64,000 nucleotides of DNA from positions 199,330,001-199,394,000 of the forward strand of contig OZ024740.1 of assembly GCA_964016885.1 (NCBI GenBank), given 5' to 3'. This DNA comes from Eledone cirrhosa. Lineage: Eukaryota. The notes below the pieces were generated by a model. The model was not told the origin of the DNA. It made no database searches and saw only the letters and a program-made list of their open reading frames with translations. The number at the start of each line of letters is the position of its first letter. The first letter of the stretch is position 1. The translations under genes and the position numbers were made by a program. Positions 43,506 to 57,038 of this stretch are shown here, piece by piece.

Positions 43506-45279
43506 CATACAGAGAGAGAGTGTGTGTGTGTGAAAGAGAGAGAGAGAGAGAGAGTTTGCGGTATTGAGAGCGAGGAGACCACAAATCATGTGAGTACTCG
43601 ATACATATGGAGATGTAAAGTGTGTGTAGAGATATGTAAAATGTCGATCGTTACAAATGTGTCACACATGATTGTTCGAGATCTATATCGATGTGACACA
43701 CCTGAATTGCGTCCACGCGTCCTAGGAGGAGATCAATGCTGTAATTTCCATTTGTCAGTTAGTTACATATGAAATAATTTTTAGAGTTAGATTCACTGGG
43801 GTTTGTTTTTGATGTATAGATTTTCATGCATATATTCATGCAATTAAACATGTTTTATTTATAACTTATCTGTATACACACAAATAACATATGCAGTATC
43901 TAATTCATTGCACATTTCTTCTACAATCTTAAACATAACTTCATTTATACATATTCACTTTACTACTGGCGCCCATGCAATATATCTATTATTCATAAGA
44001 TTTTATAGAGTGCGGTTTCATATATATTTTGCTGCTCTTTCTTGCAGAAATAGCGACAACATATAGATAACTACCTGGCTCATTATTATTTAAATTTCAT
44101 TATAATGTATTAAATTTAAATTTCATTATAATGCAACAAATTAATACTGTAATTATTCTCAAATTATTTTCAATTAATAAAGAAGTAATTTATTTTCTAC
44201 GACTAATTTAAATCGTTACTTGATTAACAGTGTTGTGTTGTGTTTAAACAGATCTTAGTTAAGCAGCATAACTTTTAGGTAATTATACATGATTTCCTTT
44301 TTTCATTCATGAAATTCACAAAACTAAAAACGCGCCTGTTGTAATTACAATAAATGCCAACTAGACGCTCGATCCATTTAACAGTCTTCTATAATTGCTC
44401 TTTCGAAACATCGGGGAATTCACTCTTTTAAGACTGCCTATGATTTTAGAGAGTGAAGGAAAAGTGAAATTAGTTATTTAGCTATTTAATTGAATTGCTG
44501 TTCTCTACAACTCTACAGAAATCCTAATGGCAAAGTGTTGAATAGTTTGATATACCTCCAAATAAAAAGGAGGGCGCAAAGATCCAGCGTTAGAATTAAG
44601 GGCAACTCAGCCGACGGGTGGTTGCAGCCGTAACAAAAGGAGTATTACTGAACATTAAAAGATCACAAGCTTATACACATTTTTATAATCAAATTTAATA
44701 TATAATAATTTCCAGTCATCAATAAATACATCGTTAAACGTCTATTCCGCGTAGCAGTGGACATATTCAAGGAAAGTCATATGGTGGTATGTCTAATCAC
44801 ATAATTTGAAATGGGTAAATGTGGACTATGTAATCGAAACGTCGTTATTTTCGGAATGGTGTAAGAGCAAGAATTGATATAAACTAACTTTGTTAGCAGA
44901 CCAAATGAGGCGTGTCACTGTTAGAAGGTGGTGCACATTATAAAACCAACCCAGTGTACTCTACACCTAGGTGAGTGCTCTGGTTGAACATAATAGTGAT
45001 AAATAAAATGGGAACTGAAAAAGGGGAAATGTCATAGAAATTGTAATAATGGAAGAATAATAAATATCTAGTTAACGTGAAACATGCTACATTACATATC
45101 AAAAATATCACACACCGCATCAAGAAAAAAGGCTGAGAATAATTAAATATTTAATATTAGTTAGTTAACTAGAAGTATAGATACATTTCTCAATGAAGAA
45201 ATCAATATTTAATCTCGATTCCGGCCTTTTGTCTAGTGTAAGCCAACATATTTATATTATGTCGGACACCATGCTTTGG

Positions 45280-45421
45280 AGCACAGTTACGTCCCTTTAC
45301 GGACTGAGTTCAAATCCCGCCAAGGTTAACTTTGCCTTTCATCCTTACGGGGTCGATAAAATAAAGTACCAGTAATACACTGGGAAAATTGCTGGCCTTG
45401 TGCAAAAATTAGAAACAATTA
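45280..45421 (+). mobile_element. 5'-truncated SINE copy
   Basis: gagttcaaatcccgcc..gcctttcatccttacggggtcgataaa..ggccttgtgc. Confidence 0.85.
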
Positions 45422-45507
45422 TATGTAAAAAGTATATTTTTCAGCCAGTGGAAAACAATATCTTGGATATACATCGACTGGAGAAAATAGCAAACACCAA
45501 GTCCAAG

Positions 45508-45553
45508 ACTCATCACATTTCGCCACAATGCCTTTGCAGCTTCATCAGAAGTT
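45508..45553 (-). ncRNA. Decayed hammerhead-like motif
   Basis: CTGATGA-a-gctgcaa/ttgtggc-GAAA-tgtgat; no clean NUH triplet or stem I. Confidence 0.4.
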
Positions 45554-46721
45554 CATTACATATCTCACCATTTCTGCTGATTTTAAAATAAGTTAGAATC
45601 TGATAGGTTTTTCCTCGTGTATAAGAGCTGAAGGAGGTCAAGGCTTAATTTAAAGTTTGTATTTGTAATCCCGCATAGATATATACAAATATATGAACAC
45701 ACTTTTAATTTAAGCTTCACCGGCTATCGCTCCGTATGCAAATGAGTTCAATCAGCTCATGTACATAAACAAATATGTATAAAACTCTTGCTTATTGTAA
45801 GCACTGCAGAATTGGGGAGATATGTAGTCTTCATAAATGCAAAAGGGTGAGAAAGATCGCGTTGTGATTACCTCCTTCTGCTTTTGCTGAGTGTAGGTGT
45901 GTGACATAGGTTACATAGCGATAGTCTATCAAATATTTTTCATAAACATGCCATATATTATTCAATATACAATACGTACATATATGTGCATAACGCTATG
46001 TTGCAGCACAAATACATGCTTTATCTATCTGCTTATATATATGTATATATATATATATATTTCCAGCCTTATGTAATTATGCTTATACACGTACATACAC
46101 ACATATTGACATATATGCGTGTGTGATGTGTATGTCGTTATGTATTTTTGTTCTCAGGAAAATAATTGCGTAGATATGTTTTTTAAACTTTTGTAATTAA
46201 AGTCCATAATGAACATAGGACGACCGATTTCATGGCCGACCACACCACAGTAAACACTAATACATTCTTCATTTCTTTTGTCTTGTATTAAATTAATGGC
46301 CATTACTTTAAATTTTCTGTTGTATTTCGTAAATCGATAGTATGTATTATGTTTCCATACCATACGCCGTTGAATGTAATAGTTATAAATTTCATCATTG
46401 TTTTTGTACATTGACAGTAAGGAAAAAAAACGGAAAAATAATCAGATTTACGAGCGATCTAACATGTCTGTCTACAATATGTTTTAAGGCGGTGAATTGG
46501 AAGAGTCGTTAGCACATCCGCTATAAAGCATTATGGTAATCCTATTAGTCTTATGTTCTCTAGAATTCATCTTCACCTTTCGTCATCTGTTGGGAACATA
46601 CTGGCACCGCCTAAGGGAAGATGAGGTTTGGGGGGCGGGGGGAACCAAAGAGGTAGACAACCGTGTGAAAAACTGAAAATTAGGGAAATGAGAGATACAA
46701 ATATACACTTTGTTGCTAGTC

Positions 46722-46847
<126 letters not shown>

Positions 46848-47799
46848 AGAGACAGAGAGAGTTAAATGGCCAAGGTTTTTTAATTAAATCTATTTTTAAT
46901 ATCTACATTCGTTTCCGGACAGGCGATAAGATTGCATGTATATGCAAACAAATAATCAATCAGTTTTATTTAATTAACGATTATTTACACAAAATACAAA
47001 GCCCCTGAATATCATGAGATTTGTTAAGAGGGATTGAATTCAACAAAATCACCTATCAAGGACATTATCAATAGCAACTGTCGAATATAAGCGATCAATG
47101 AAAAACGCAAGCAAAGCAGGTAGACGTACAAGGTGGTAATTAAGGCGAAGAATTAACATTTTAGGCTTAATTAACATTCTTGCATTCGTTAGTGATATGT
47201 TGCAACATACTGAGAGAAAACCAAAACTTCCCAAAACCAGAGTAGTTTTTGCATTAATACTTGTGAAATTGGTAAGTATATAATTATTATTAATCAAATT
47301 ACTCACTCTAATAAGGAGTAGAAAACAGAGTGATTGATAATGACTGCATTCTTAGCCTGGCTAGAAGAGAGTCGGGAGATTCAGTTAGATATATTGTTAA
47401 CGATAGTAAATGTTAGTATTGATATTGGATGGCTGGACTGTTTATTATGGTAGAATAGATGTTCGCCCAGTTTAAGAAGGGCTATAATACTGAGTCATGG
47501 TTCAAATTTACGTCTAGAAAGTTTACTACTTTATTAGTCGTGTCTAAGTTATTGTTATGCTGTACACCTTAAATAATCTATGCAAACATTATTTGTGGAA
47601 AATCAAAGTTCAATATATTCTTATTACAGGTGAAGAGAGCACCATCGTGATATGGGCCCCCTTCAAAGGATATTACAATGCCTCTTATTTTATATAGTAA
47701 GAAAATACACAGGAAATCGGTGACTTGAGCACTTGAACCCATGGTATATCGACATTATTATGGAGGTTTAAGCTCAATTATCGTCTTCCTGCATATTCT

Positions 47800-48034
47800 A
47801 CTGTTTTACTCTTTTACCTGTTCCAGCCGACCGGCTGGGGTGATGCTACACAATCTATCTAAAGCCTGTGTTGGCTGGCCATTTATGTAAGAGGGAGTGC
47901 GTTCCTGCTGCCCTTAGGTTACATTTGTACCATGCTGTGGGCTCATCTGGGAACCTGGATAGCAGGGTGTTAAGATGTTTCTTGAAAACATCCACGTCCA
48001 CACCATGCAGATCTCTCAAATTTCTTGACATCTT

Positions 48035-48035
<1 letters not shown>
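47800..48035 (-). mobile_element. CR1-type LINE 3' end
   Basis: [35 protein letters not shown] resembles CR1-clade ORF2 C-termini (recall). Confidence 0.65.
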
Positions 48036-48075
<40 letters not shown>

Positions 48076-48084
48076 TACATATAA

Positions 48085-48135
<51 letters not shown>

Positions 48136-48770
48136 GAAAAATTAGAATTGGAGCTCTGAAATAGCAATATATATATGAATGTATATATAATGTATTTTGC
48201 AATACACTTTATGCTTAATTAAAAGCATTTTGAAGACCGTATGCTATTGCTTTAGAGTAGTGACAACTCACTTACTTTAATCTCAGCAAACAAGGGGAGA
48301 TAAGCCGACAAGTCCTTGTTCCTGATTATTTACTAGAATTCTATAAGAATATAACATCAGTGATCTCAGTAGACAGGAGGGAGTAGTTAGCCTTGATAAG
48401 CATCAGCAAATGCGAAACAAGGCTTTGTCGGCTTATCTCCCCTTGTTTGCTGAGATTTAAGTAAGTGAGTTTGTCACTACTCTAAAACAATAGCATACGG
48501 TCTTCAAAATGTTTTTAATTAAGCATAAAGTGTATTGCAAAATAAATTATATATACATTCATATATATATTGCTATTTCAGAGCTCCAATTCTAATTTTT
48601 AATTTCTGCCTGACCGGCAACCGCTCTGTATAATCAGTTCCTGATTATTTACTAGAATTTTATAAGAATATAACATCAGTGATCTCAGTAGACAGGAGGG
48701 AGTCGTTAGCATTGAATGCTTTTAATTAAGCATAAAGTGTATTGCAAAATACATTATATATACATTTATA
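48136..48770 (+). mobile_element. Retrozyme-like HHR unit: 319-nt tandem period plus an inverted 5' arm, in (TA)n
   Basis: gttcctgattatttactag at 48318 and 48637; 48136-48320 is the reverse complement of ~48415-48600. Confidence 0.75.
48379..48441 (+). ncRNA. Type I hammerhead with U3-A8 core and bulged stem I
   Basis: gggag-tagtt-agcc-TTGATAA-gcat(cagcaa)atgc-GAAA-caa(ggct)ttg-TC-ggct-tat-ctccc. Confidence 0.8.
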
Positions 48771-48792
48771 TATATATACTGTATATATATAT

Positions 48793-51700
48793 ACATTTTA
48801 GTACTGCATTGACTAAGCTTTAGAATACGGCCAAGCTAGCGTATATGCATAATCGGTCTGTAGCTTGAGCATTCAGATGAGGAAAGACCCCAGAGTTATA
48901 ACATTACGTTCAGACAGCTTAGCCAATCAGATATAGCGGTCGGCAGTCCAGCCGCATCACTAGAGCAACGAACATACATATATTCTCAAAAATACCCAGA
49001 TAACATCGAAAATATTCGTATGACTGATGTAGAACTACCGGAAGAATTTACCGATGACCACACAGTAAATATTTATGGCAAGACTTTAATCAGTGAACAA
49101 GAACAACAAATCCTGCAGCTACTACCAAAATTTGCCATCTACAAAAAGATTAACCCTATTGAGTGAAAAACGGAGCTGGAAAAGTGTTTCACAAAAATAC
49201 GTTGGAATGCAAAAGTAAACAACAACAACAACTATACGTACAACAACAACAATAATAACGGTAGTAATAATATAAACAATAACTCTGAATATAGAAATAA
49301 CAGCTAAAATAGTAATAGTCATAACAATAACAATAGCAAGAGTGTGAGAAATAGTAATAATGGTAATAATATTAACGATAGACAGAACAACAACAACAAA
49401 CACAATAATAATAATAATAATAAAAACATTAACTACAGACACAGCAGCAGCGACCACAGTAGTAATAGCGGTAACAATACGAATATCAACAAGAACAACC
49501 ACAGTGGTAACAATAGAAATAATACATGTAGCAACATTAATGATAGACACAACAAAAACAAGGAACATAATAAAAGTAACAACCACAATGGTAGAAATAA
49601 CAGTAACAACAACACCAACGGTGGAGAAAATAACAACAATACATCTAACAATCAGAGCAACAATACATCTAGCAATCATAACAACAATACATCTAACAAT
49701 CACAGCAACAATACATCTAGCAATCATAACATTAATAATAATGCTAATGATAGGAACAACAACAACCACCATCATAACAATAATAGCAACACACACAACT
49801 ATGACGATAGATATAATGACAACCCATTAGATAAACTATTCCAGCTGACAAAACATATAAGATGGGTAATATCTATCCTACGAGGTTACCCTTTAATAAA
49901 AGAGTTTGTATACCACAACAAATAGATGACGAGATAGAGGCACAGTTCACCATAGTTAGAAATAAGATTAGACAAATAGTAGACCGGTAAACTAAGAGAC
50001 AAAGCAGACCAGAGGGCCAACAACTTGGGAGGAAACCTGTAGAAGGTTTCCTTAGCCTCAAGCAGAGCACAAGGGATGGTGAGGTAGTATGTATACCCAC
50101 GGATAAGTCTGGTAGGGTGTCAATAGACAGCATGCCGAACTACATTAAGGCTATGCAAACCCACATCACCAACACGAGCGAAATTGCACAGCAAATACAT
50201 GATAGGAGAGAGAAAATCCTCAACGCTCATATGATGATGTGGACCGATATCCTAAAGCCAAGCAGACGCACTGCCAACAACTTCCAGGCGTCTAACAATG
50301 GCATACCACGCTTGTATGGGCTCCACAAAGACCACAAGACAGTCGACTACCCGACAACAGGACCACCAACAAGACCCGTAAGCGGAGCCAATATAGCTAG
50401 CAACTACAGGATCTTCTACTTCCTCTCAATGGTTATACGCCCCATACTCAAGATGTCCCCAGATGTATGTGACAGTACAGAGGACCTCCTCAGCAGAATC
50501 AGTGAGTGCAACAAAAACAGAAACCTATCCAACTGCATAATAGGCAGCATGGATGTGGTATCACTGTACCCATCCATTAACATTGATTTTGCTGTGAAAA
50601 GATGTGTGGAGATGATCATTGATAGTGAGGTGGAGTTCTGCGACGTCGACACAGACGAACTGGGCCTCCTACCTAGACTTACCTACGACACTGAATACCT
50701 AGACAGCCATGACCTTAGACTTTTCTGCCCCAGTAGACCTATAAGAGGTAGACCCCCACCATAACCTCAATGGCTAAAAAGACTCCCATGGGAAGATGGA
50801 TTGGGTGGACCAAAGCTATACGGACCCCCCAAAACAATGATCAGGTAAGAAAAGTGGTCGCACATGCAATAGGGGCTAGTATCAAAACTACCCTAAAGGG
50901 TCACATATTCAAGTTCAACGAGAAGATCTACACCCAAAATGAGGGAGCCACCATTGGCGTCAGCATAGCTGGTGACGTTGCCAACCTTTTTTATGGTATG
51001 GCGGGAACGGAGACTTAAAGATCTGCTTGATGAGAGCTCCTTAGACCTCATCATGTACTCTCGTTACGTAGACGATATCAATATAGTAATAAGAACATCC
51101 CCACAAGATAGCACTAAGAAGTTTGATTTAGAACGTAGCACAATGTAAAGAATCAAGCAGATAGCTAATTCCATACACCAGAGTATAACTGTAACTATCG
51201 GCTACCCTTCCAAACACCCTAACAATAGACTACCTGTATTAGACACGGAACTCTGGATTAATACTATAGGCGAGAGAGTCCAAATTCTCCACTGACACTC
51301 TGCTAAACCCATGGCCTCCAAATACCTGATACTGAACAACTCAGCAATGTCCAGTAGTGCTAAGTTTAATATTCTGATCGCAGACATGGTACGAGTGATG
51401 AAGAACGTGTCCCACATGTCCGACCCAACAAAAATGGAAAGACACATCCAACACTTCATCAACCGCATGCAGTTCTCAGGCTACAACCAAAGAGAGATAA
51501 TCAGAGTATACGAAGGAGACACGGAGAAGTATAAGACCCTCATAGAACTGGACATGAAAGGAATTTGCCCATTATACAGGAGCTAATCATTGAATAGCTT
51601 AGATAGGGCTAGACATAAGATAGGGAAAGCCACCTCATGGTACGATAACCAGGGATACCAGAGTGTCATGTTTGTGGACGCTACCCTTGGAGGGAAATTA

Positions 51701-52714
51701 GCTAATCAGTGTAGAAAAGCCACTTAAAGATTAAGGTGGTAGAAAAGGCAGGAACCACCATAACATCCCTGATCAGAACAACCTACCGTTTTAAGAAAAT
51801 CCACTGTACTAATAGGAAATGTATCATATGTAAAGTAAACCCCCGGATAAACTGTAAAACTAGAAACGTAGTATATAGCATAACCTGTACAGATGGTACT
51901 TGCAGAAACATGACAACAACGTACATAGGCGAGACAGCTCGTAGCATAGGTGAAAGGATAGACCAACACTGGGTGGAACTAAAAGGACGAAAAAACGGTT
52001 CAGTACTACACGAACACGCCAGATAACAGCACGGCGGTAACATAGACAACATAGAAATTAGAATAATATCTAAACATAGAAATGACCCAGCAGATAGGCA
52101 AATCAGAGAGGCCAGTGAAATAGAACTTAGAAGGCCAAGGCTAAACAGAAAAAAATGAATGGCATAACAACAGCACCCAAACAAACAACACTGACCTAAG
52201 AGAAGGATAAATAAATAAATAAATAGATAAATAAATAAATAGGTAAATAAATAAATAGATAAATAAATAAATACATACACAAGCACAATAACAACAAACA
52301 CATATAAACACACACTAGTAAAGATAGAATACATTAAACAATACACAGTCACCCAAACACGAACACACATCAAACAAAACACTAACACACACGCAAACGC
52401 ATGCGCAAAGAAGACATAAAAATAAACAAATAAATACATATATAAACAGACTAAATAAAGATGGCGTAGACATACAATGCAACGGGAGGAAACAATAGCA
52501 CCACTGATAGACTATATATATGTGTTTGTGTCTATATTGTATCTGTATTTTTGACCGTTGGTCAGTCAATGGCAACAATAAGGACCGAATAAATTAAATT
52601 TACCGATATAAAAGACACAGAAGCGAAAAGCGAAAACCAACCAAACAGTGAGTGTGTTCTGTTATTAATTCAGGCAATATTACACAAATATGAACCTCCC
52701 CAAGTATAACAATA
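48793..52714 (+). mobile_element. Near full-length Naiad-like Penelope-like element (family A), disabled
   Basis: LLPKFA..KIRW, PTDKSGR, PRLYGLHKDHK, GSMDVVSLYPSI, RT insertion ELGL..CPSRPIRGRPP, QNEGATIG, RYVDD, LPVLDT, KPMASK, CxxxxCxxC linker, C-terminal GIY-YIG. No pseudo-LTRs; (TA)n on both sides. Naiad label is from recall of these traits. Confidence 0.85.
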
Positions 52715-52724
52715 TATACATATA

Positions 52725-52790
<66 letters not shown>

Positions 52791-52791
<1 letters not shown>

Positions 52792-54365
52792 GGTGATACC
52801 TTGAGTACGATTGAACCGAAATACGAGTTTTTTGAGATACGAGACTCAACTCAGCTAATATTTTGCCTTGTGATACGAGCCGAGTTTTGAGATACGAGCT
52901 ACGAGCTAGTGGGTGCCTGAGAGGGGGTGCAGAATTAACTTCGCCACAGAATTAATTTAGCCCGGTGTTTCCCAACCAAAGTTACTCCCGTCGTTCATAT
53001 CTGTCATGTGACTAAAGATTAAAACAAATGTAATATTATTACGGTTAGGGTTAGGTTTAGGGTTGAATTAACCCTAACTCTAAAAAATAACACTAACCCT
53101 AACCCTAACCGTAAATATATTACATTTGTTTTAGTCAGTTTACGGATATAAACGACGGGAGTAACTTTCGTTGGGGTTCACCGGGCGAAATTAATTCAGT
53201 AACCCCATGAGAGCGATCAGTCGACATGGTAACCTCGGCGCGCGAGCATCTTTCAATTTTAGTTGCTTTTGGTTTATTTCGATAAAAATCTTAGTTTCAA
53301 CCATGAGTCCTCAGAAAGTGCCAAGAAGACGGGTGAGAAAAATAAAAGGATGATGTCTATGGATATTAAGCACGAAATCGTAGAAAAACATGAGCGTGGT
53401 GTGCGTGTTATTGACTTGGCAAAGGAGTACGATCGTAGTACTTCTACAATATGTACTATTTTGAAACAAAAGGATTCAATAAAGGCTATGACACCAGCCA
53501 AGGGTGTTAAGATAATTTCTAAGCTCCGGACCTATGTCCATGTAGAGATGGAAAAGATGCTGTTGGGGTGGTTGACCAAGAAGCAGCTCGCTGGAGATAC
53601 CGTAACCGAGACAATCATCTGTGAGAAAGCACGTGTTATTTATAGAGATTTGGTGCGGCAGACGGCGGGATCATCCTCGGACGAGACATTGGAAGAGTCA
53701 TTCAAAGCCAGTCGGGGATGGTTTGATAATTTAAAAAAAAGGACTGGCATTTACTCCGTCGTCAGGCATGGTAAGGCTGCAAGCTCAGATTTTAAGGCAG
53801 CTGAAGAATTTACTTCATTTTTTGGTGAACTGGTAGAAGCCGAAGGATACATCCCCCAGCAAGTCTTTAAGTGTGACGAGACAGGGCTATTTTGGAAAAA
53901 AGATGCCAAGTAGAACGTACATAACAGCAGAGGAGAAGAGCTTGCCAGGCCACAAACCTATGAAGGACAGGTTGGCTCTTGCACTGTGTGCAAATGCGAG
54001 TGACAATTTAAAGATTAAACCGCTGGTCGTATATCACTCGGAAAACCCTAGGACATTTAAAAGTCATAAGATTCTTAAAGAAAAACTGCAGGTTATGTGG
54101 AAGGCAAAACCAAAGGTATGGGTCACCAGAGAGTTTTTTGTGCAGTGGGTAAACCTGGCTTTTGGTCCTGCCGTCCAGAAGTATCTTTTAGATAATAACC
54201 TGCCCCTGAAAGCCCTACTCGTCCTTGACAATGCTCCCGCACACCCACCTAATCTCGAGGATGACATCTTAGAAGAATTCAAGTTTATTAAGGTATTGTA
54301 CCTTCCAACCAACACCACCCCTATCGTTCAGCCCATGGACCAGCAGGTGATTTCGAATCTTAAAT
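52791..54365 (+). mobile_element. Tigger/pogo DNA transposon, 3'-truncated (CENP-B HTH plus DDE), frameshifted
   Basis: TA|cggtgatacc.. left end; FKASRGWFDNLKKR, QQVFKCDETGLFWK, LLVLDNAPAHP, PTNTTPIVQPMDQQVI; interrupted by a SINE at ~54370. Confidence 0.92.
52924..53206. mobile_element. Palindromic MITE with inward (TTAGGG)n/(CCCTAA)n tracts, inserted in the Tigger 5' region
   Basis: Whole element is an imperfect inverted repeat gggg...cccc; flanks ctgagag / atgagag resemble a 7-bp TSD. Confidence 0.75.
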
Positions 54366-54371
54366 AGCTCT

Positions 54372-54462
54372 TCTGGTACTTTATTTCATCGACCTCCGTA
54401 AAGATGAAAGGCAAAGTCAACCTCGGCGGGATTTGAACTCAGATCGTAAAGGGACGTAACTA
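54372..54462 (-). mobile_element. SINE fragment
   Basis: Reverse complement of the SINE B-box and core. Confidence 0.85.
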
Positions 54463-54581
54463 CGATTCGTTTGCAATTATGCAAACAAGCCTCAATTGTA
54501 TAACCATGTTACTAGAATGAACACTTCGTTCTTGCTCTAAATGTTGGCAGGCTAACAGAACTGCATATAAATATAGATATA

Positions 54582-54718
54582 TGAACATGTTCAAGACGCC
54601 GACGGCAGAGATCAAGCCGTTTCGACTGCTATTTGTTGACACAAGAGTCTGGACTCTGGAGTCCAGAAATAGCAGTCCAAACGGCTTGAGCTCTGCCGTC
54701 GGCGTCTTGAACATGTTC
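54582..54718. repeat. ~137-nt hairpin made of two hammerhead 3' halves
   Basis: Minus arm gact..agtc-GAAA-cggc(ttgatctct)gccg-TC-ggcgtc; plus arm is the same with CAAA; CUGANGA is missing at the apex. Confidence 0.7.
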
Positions 54719-54799
54719 CTATTACCCACTCTACTGATCTAAGTATTGAGTATTCTGGTGCGTTATGGCACATCTGGTTCCTTACCACACTACCTTCGT

Positions 54800-54912
<113 letters not shown>

Positions 54913-55182
54913 GTATATACATAAATATATGTATATATATATATACATATTTATAAATATATATGCATATATAGTTGTAATACATATATATACACGCACA
55001 CAACCGCACACACTAATACACCCCCCACACACAAATATACATATATATCTTGGCATTGATAAATATGCTGGGTCCGTCAATTCCTTATTACTATATACAC
55101 ATATATATATATTTGGAAAAAAAGAAAAGAATGACTTCACTTGTAGTTCTAAATAATTTGATTTAATTTAATAATATTATAA

Positions 55183-55290
55183 TTGTTTACTTTTTGGCAC
55201 AAGGCCAGCAATTATCAAGCGCATTACTGGTACTTTATTTTATCGACCCCGTAAGGATGAAAGGCAAAGTTAACCTCAGCGGGATTTGAC
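55183..55290 (-). mobile_element. SINE fragment
   Basis: Reverse complement of the SINE core and tail. Confidence 0.85.
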
Positions 55291-55544
55291 ATAATATTAT
55301 AATATTATGAGATGGTAGATCTAGTAAGTCCTTTGTTAACTTCGGTGGGAAGAATTTTAAAGATTCCTGGTTAATTTTCTTGAGAACTTTCTCGCATTCA
55401 TCGGTGGCGATTGTCAAACGGAGATCAGACAGTAGTGTGATGTGTGACACTATATATAAGAGAGATTTAGATGTGTTGATGAAGATTTAAAGCAATAAAG
55501 CATACACACATACACATACGCGCACAAAGACACACACATACATA

Positions 55545-55732
55545 ATTGTTTCTACTTTAGGCACAAGGCCAGCAATTACCCAGTGCATTACTGGTACTTT
55601 ATTTTATCGAACCAGTAAGGATGAAAGGCAAAGTCAACCTCGGCGGGATTTGAACTCAGATCGTAAAGGGACGTAACTATGCTGGAAAGCATGGCGTCCG
55701 ACCCTCTACTGATACTGCCAATCCACCGCCCT
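55545..55732 (-). mobile_element. Full-length SINE with TSD
   Basis: Complete head gggcggtggattggcag through tail; flanked by acacacacata(c/t)ataat on both sides. Confidence 0.9.
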
Positions 55733-56449
55733 TACACACACATATATAATACACACGGAAAATGGTGAAGTTTGACAGCAAGATAAGGGTGTTTAAGAAA
55801 ATGGCTGTAAAATCCCCTCCTGCTGGTTTTATTTCAATAGATGACCTTTGATGAATGTAATGGCAGGATATTTTAAAAATCGTTTCTTATAGCTGAATCA
55901 ACTCTATTAAATTTATAAAGAATATCTTCTACAAATTTCTATATCAAAGTTGAATTTAGGTACCTGTTTGGTGGTGGTGGTGGTGGTGGTACTGATGGTG
56001 GTGGTGGTGGGTTTTAATGAGGTGTAATATACATGACTTTTGATAAGAATGGGATGACAGTAAAAAGAAAAAAAGAAGGATAATTTTGGAATATTTGTCA
56101 GAAATGTATGTTGTTGATATTGGTTTGGGAGGAGAAGTGTGTAAGTGTGTGTGTGAGTGGAGGGGGGGGGGGTATGCTAGCTCACATATTCACTTCCGTA
56201 TATGTAAATAGATTTACATATATGTTACATACACACACACATACACACATACACACACACATATCTACACACATATATATTTATATATACACACATACAC
56301 ACACACATATACACATACATGCATACATATATATATATATATATATGTGTGTATATGTGTGTGTGTATGTGTATATATATATATGTGTGTGTAGATATGT
56401 GTGTGTATGTAACATATATATGCATATACGTATATATATACACCTATAT

Positions 56450-56985
56450 GTTGACTGCCAACTCGTTTTCGAGTACGGCCACTACTTTATATCCATATAG
56501 CAGAACCTCTACCGATGCACTGAACGAGTGTGACATTTTAGTCCAGCCAGCGACTTGAAAACTCTGTCACTACAATTATTGACACATAGTGCTGGGCCAT
56601 GGTACCATGTGACGACAAGTGCCGAGATATCTCCAGATATAAAGCAATGCCTGTGCCGCGAAGCTTTTATATCATGGTCGGGTCGTTGGCGACTAAACTG
56701 GCAACCCCACCAAGGTTTCTTGGTGAGGAGGGTGACTTTGGAGATCCTGCAGGACTAAAACCAAAACCTGTCAAAGGGAAAAGGAGCTCTTAAGAGTCAA
56801 TGGCCATCCAAAATCACCGGGAGAGAGGATCCTTTAACCCTTGTCAAGGCAGAATTCTAGGAGAAGGAAAACTCTGATATAACACCTGCAACCCTGATGG
56901 AATCCAATGATGTTGACTTGTTCTTCTTTTTGGTAAATATCATCTTGGTTAAGAGAGTGGGACTGGCTTGGTGCAGTGCCTTTGG

Positions 56986-56990
<5 letters not shown>
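56450..56990 (+). mobile_element. Probable RTE-type LINE 5' UTR or derived repeat
   Basis: ggcgactaaactggcaacccc and ctaggagaaggaaaactctg resemble RTE 5' UTR motifs (recall only). Confidence 0.4.

Positions 56991-57038
<48 letters not shown>

Noticed and set aside
44803-44850. ttgaaat..gaaacgtcgtt as a U3-A8 hammerhead
   Set aside because: A9 is missing, stem II has several mismatches and stem I is 3 A-U pairs; chance cannot be excluded.
49122-49796. 224-aa hydrophobic 'membrane protein' ORF on the minus strand
   Set aside because: Antisense reading of the AAC/AAT-rich tract.
51293-52030. Possible selenocysteine (in-frame TGA) in the Naiad-like ORF
   Set aside because: Linker and GIY-YIG cysteines are TGT/TGC. 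The TGA near 51293 is not at a Cys position, and the copy also has TAA stops and frameshifts, so this is ordinary decay.
53044-53110. Ancient chromosome end-to-end fusion site
   Set aside because: Only 3-5 units per side, embedded in a TIR element with an apparent TSD.
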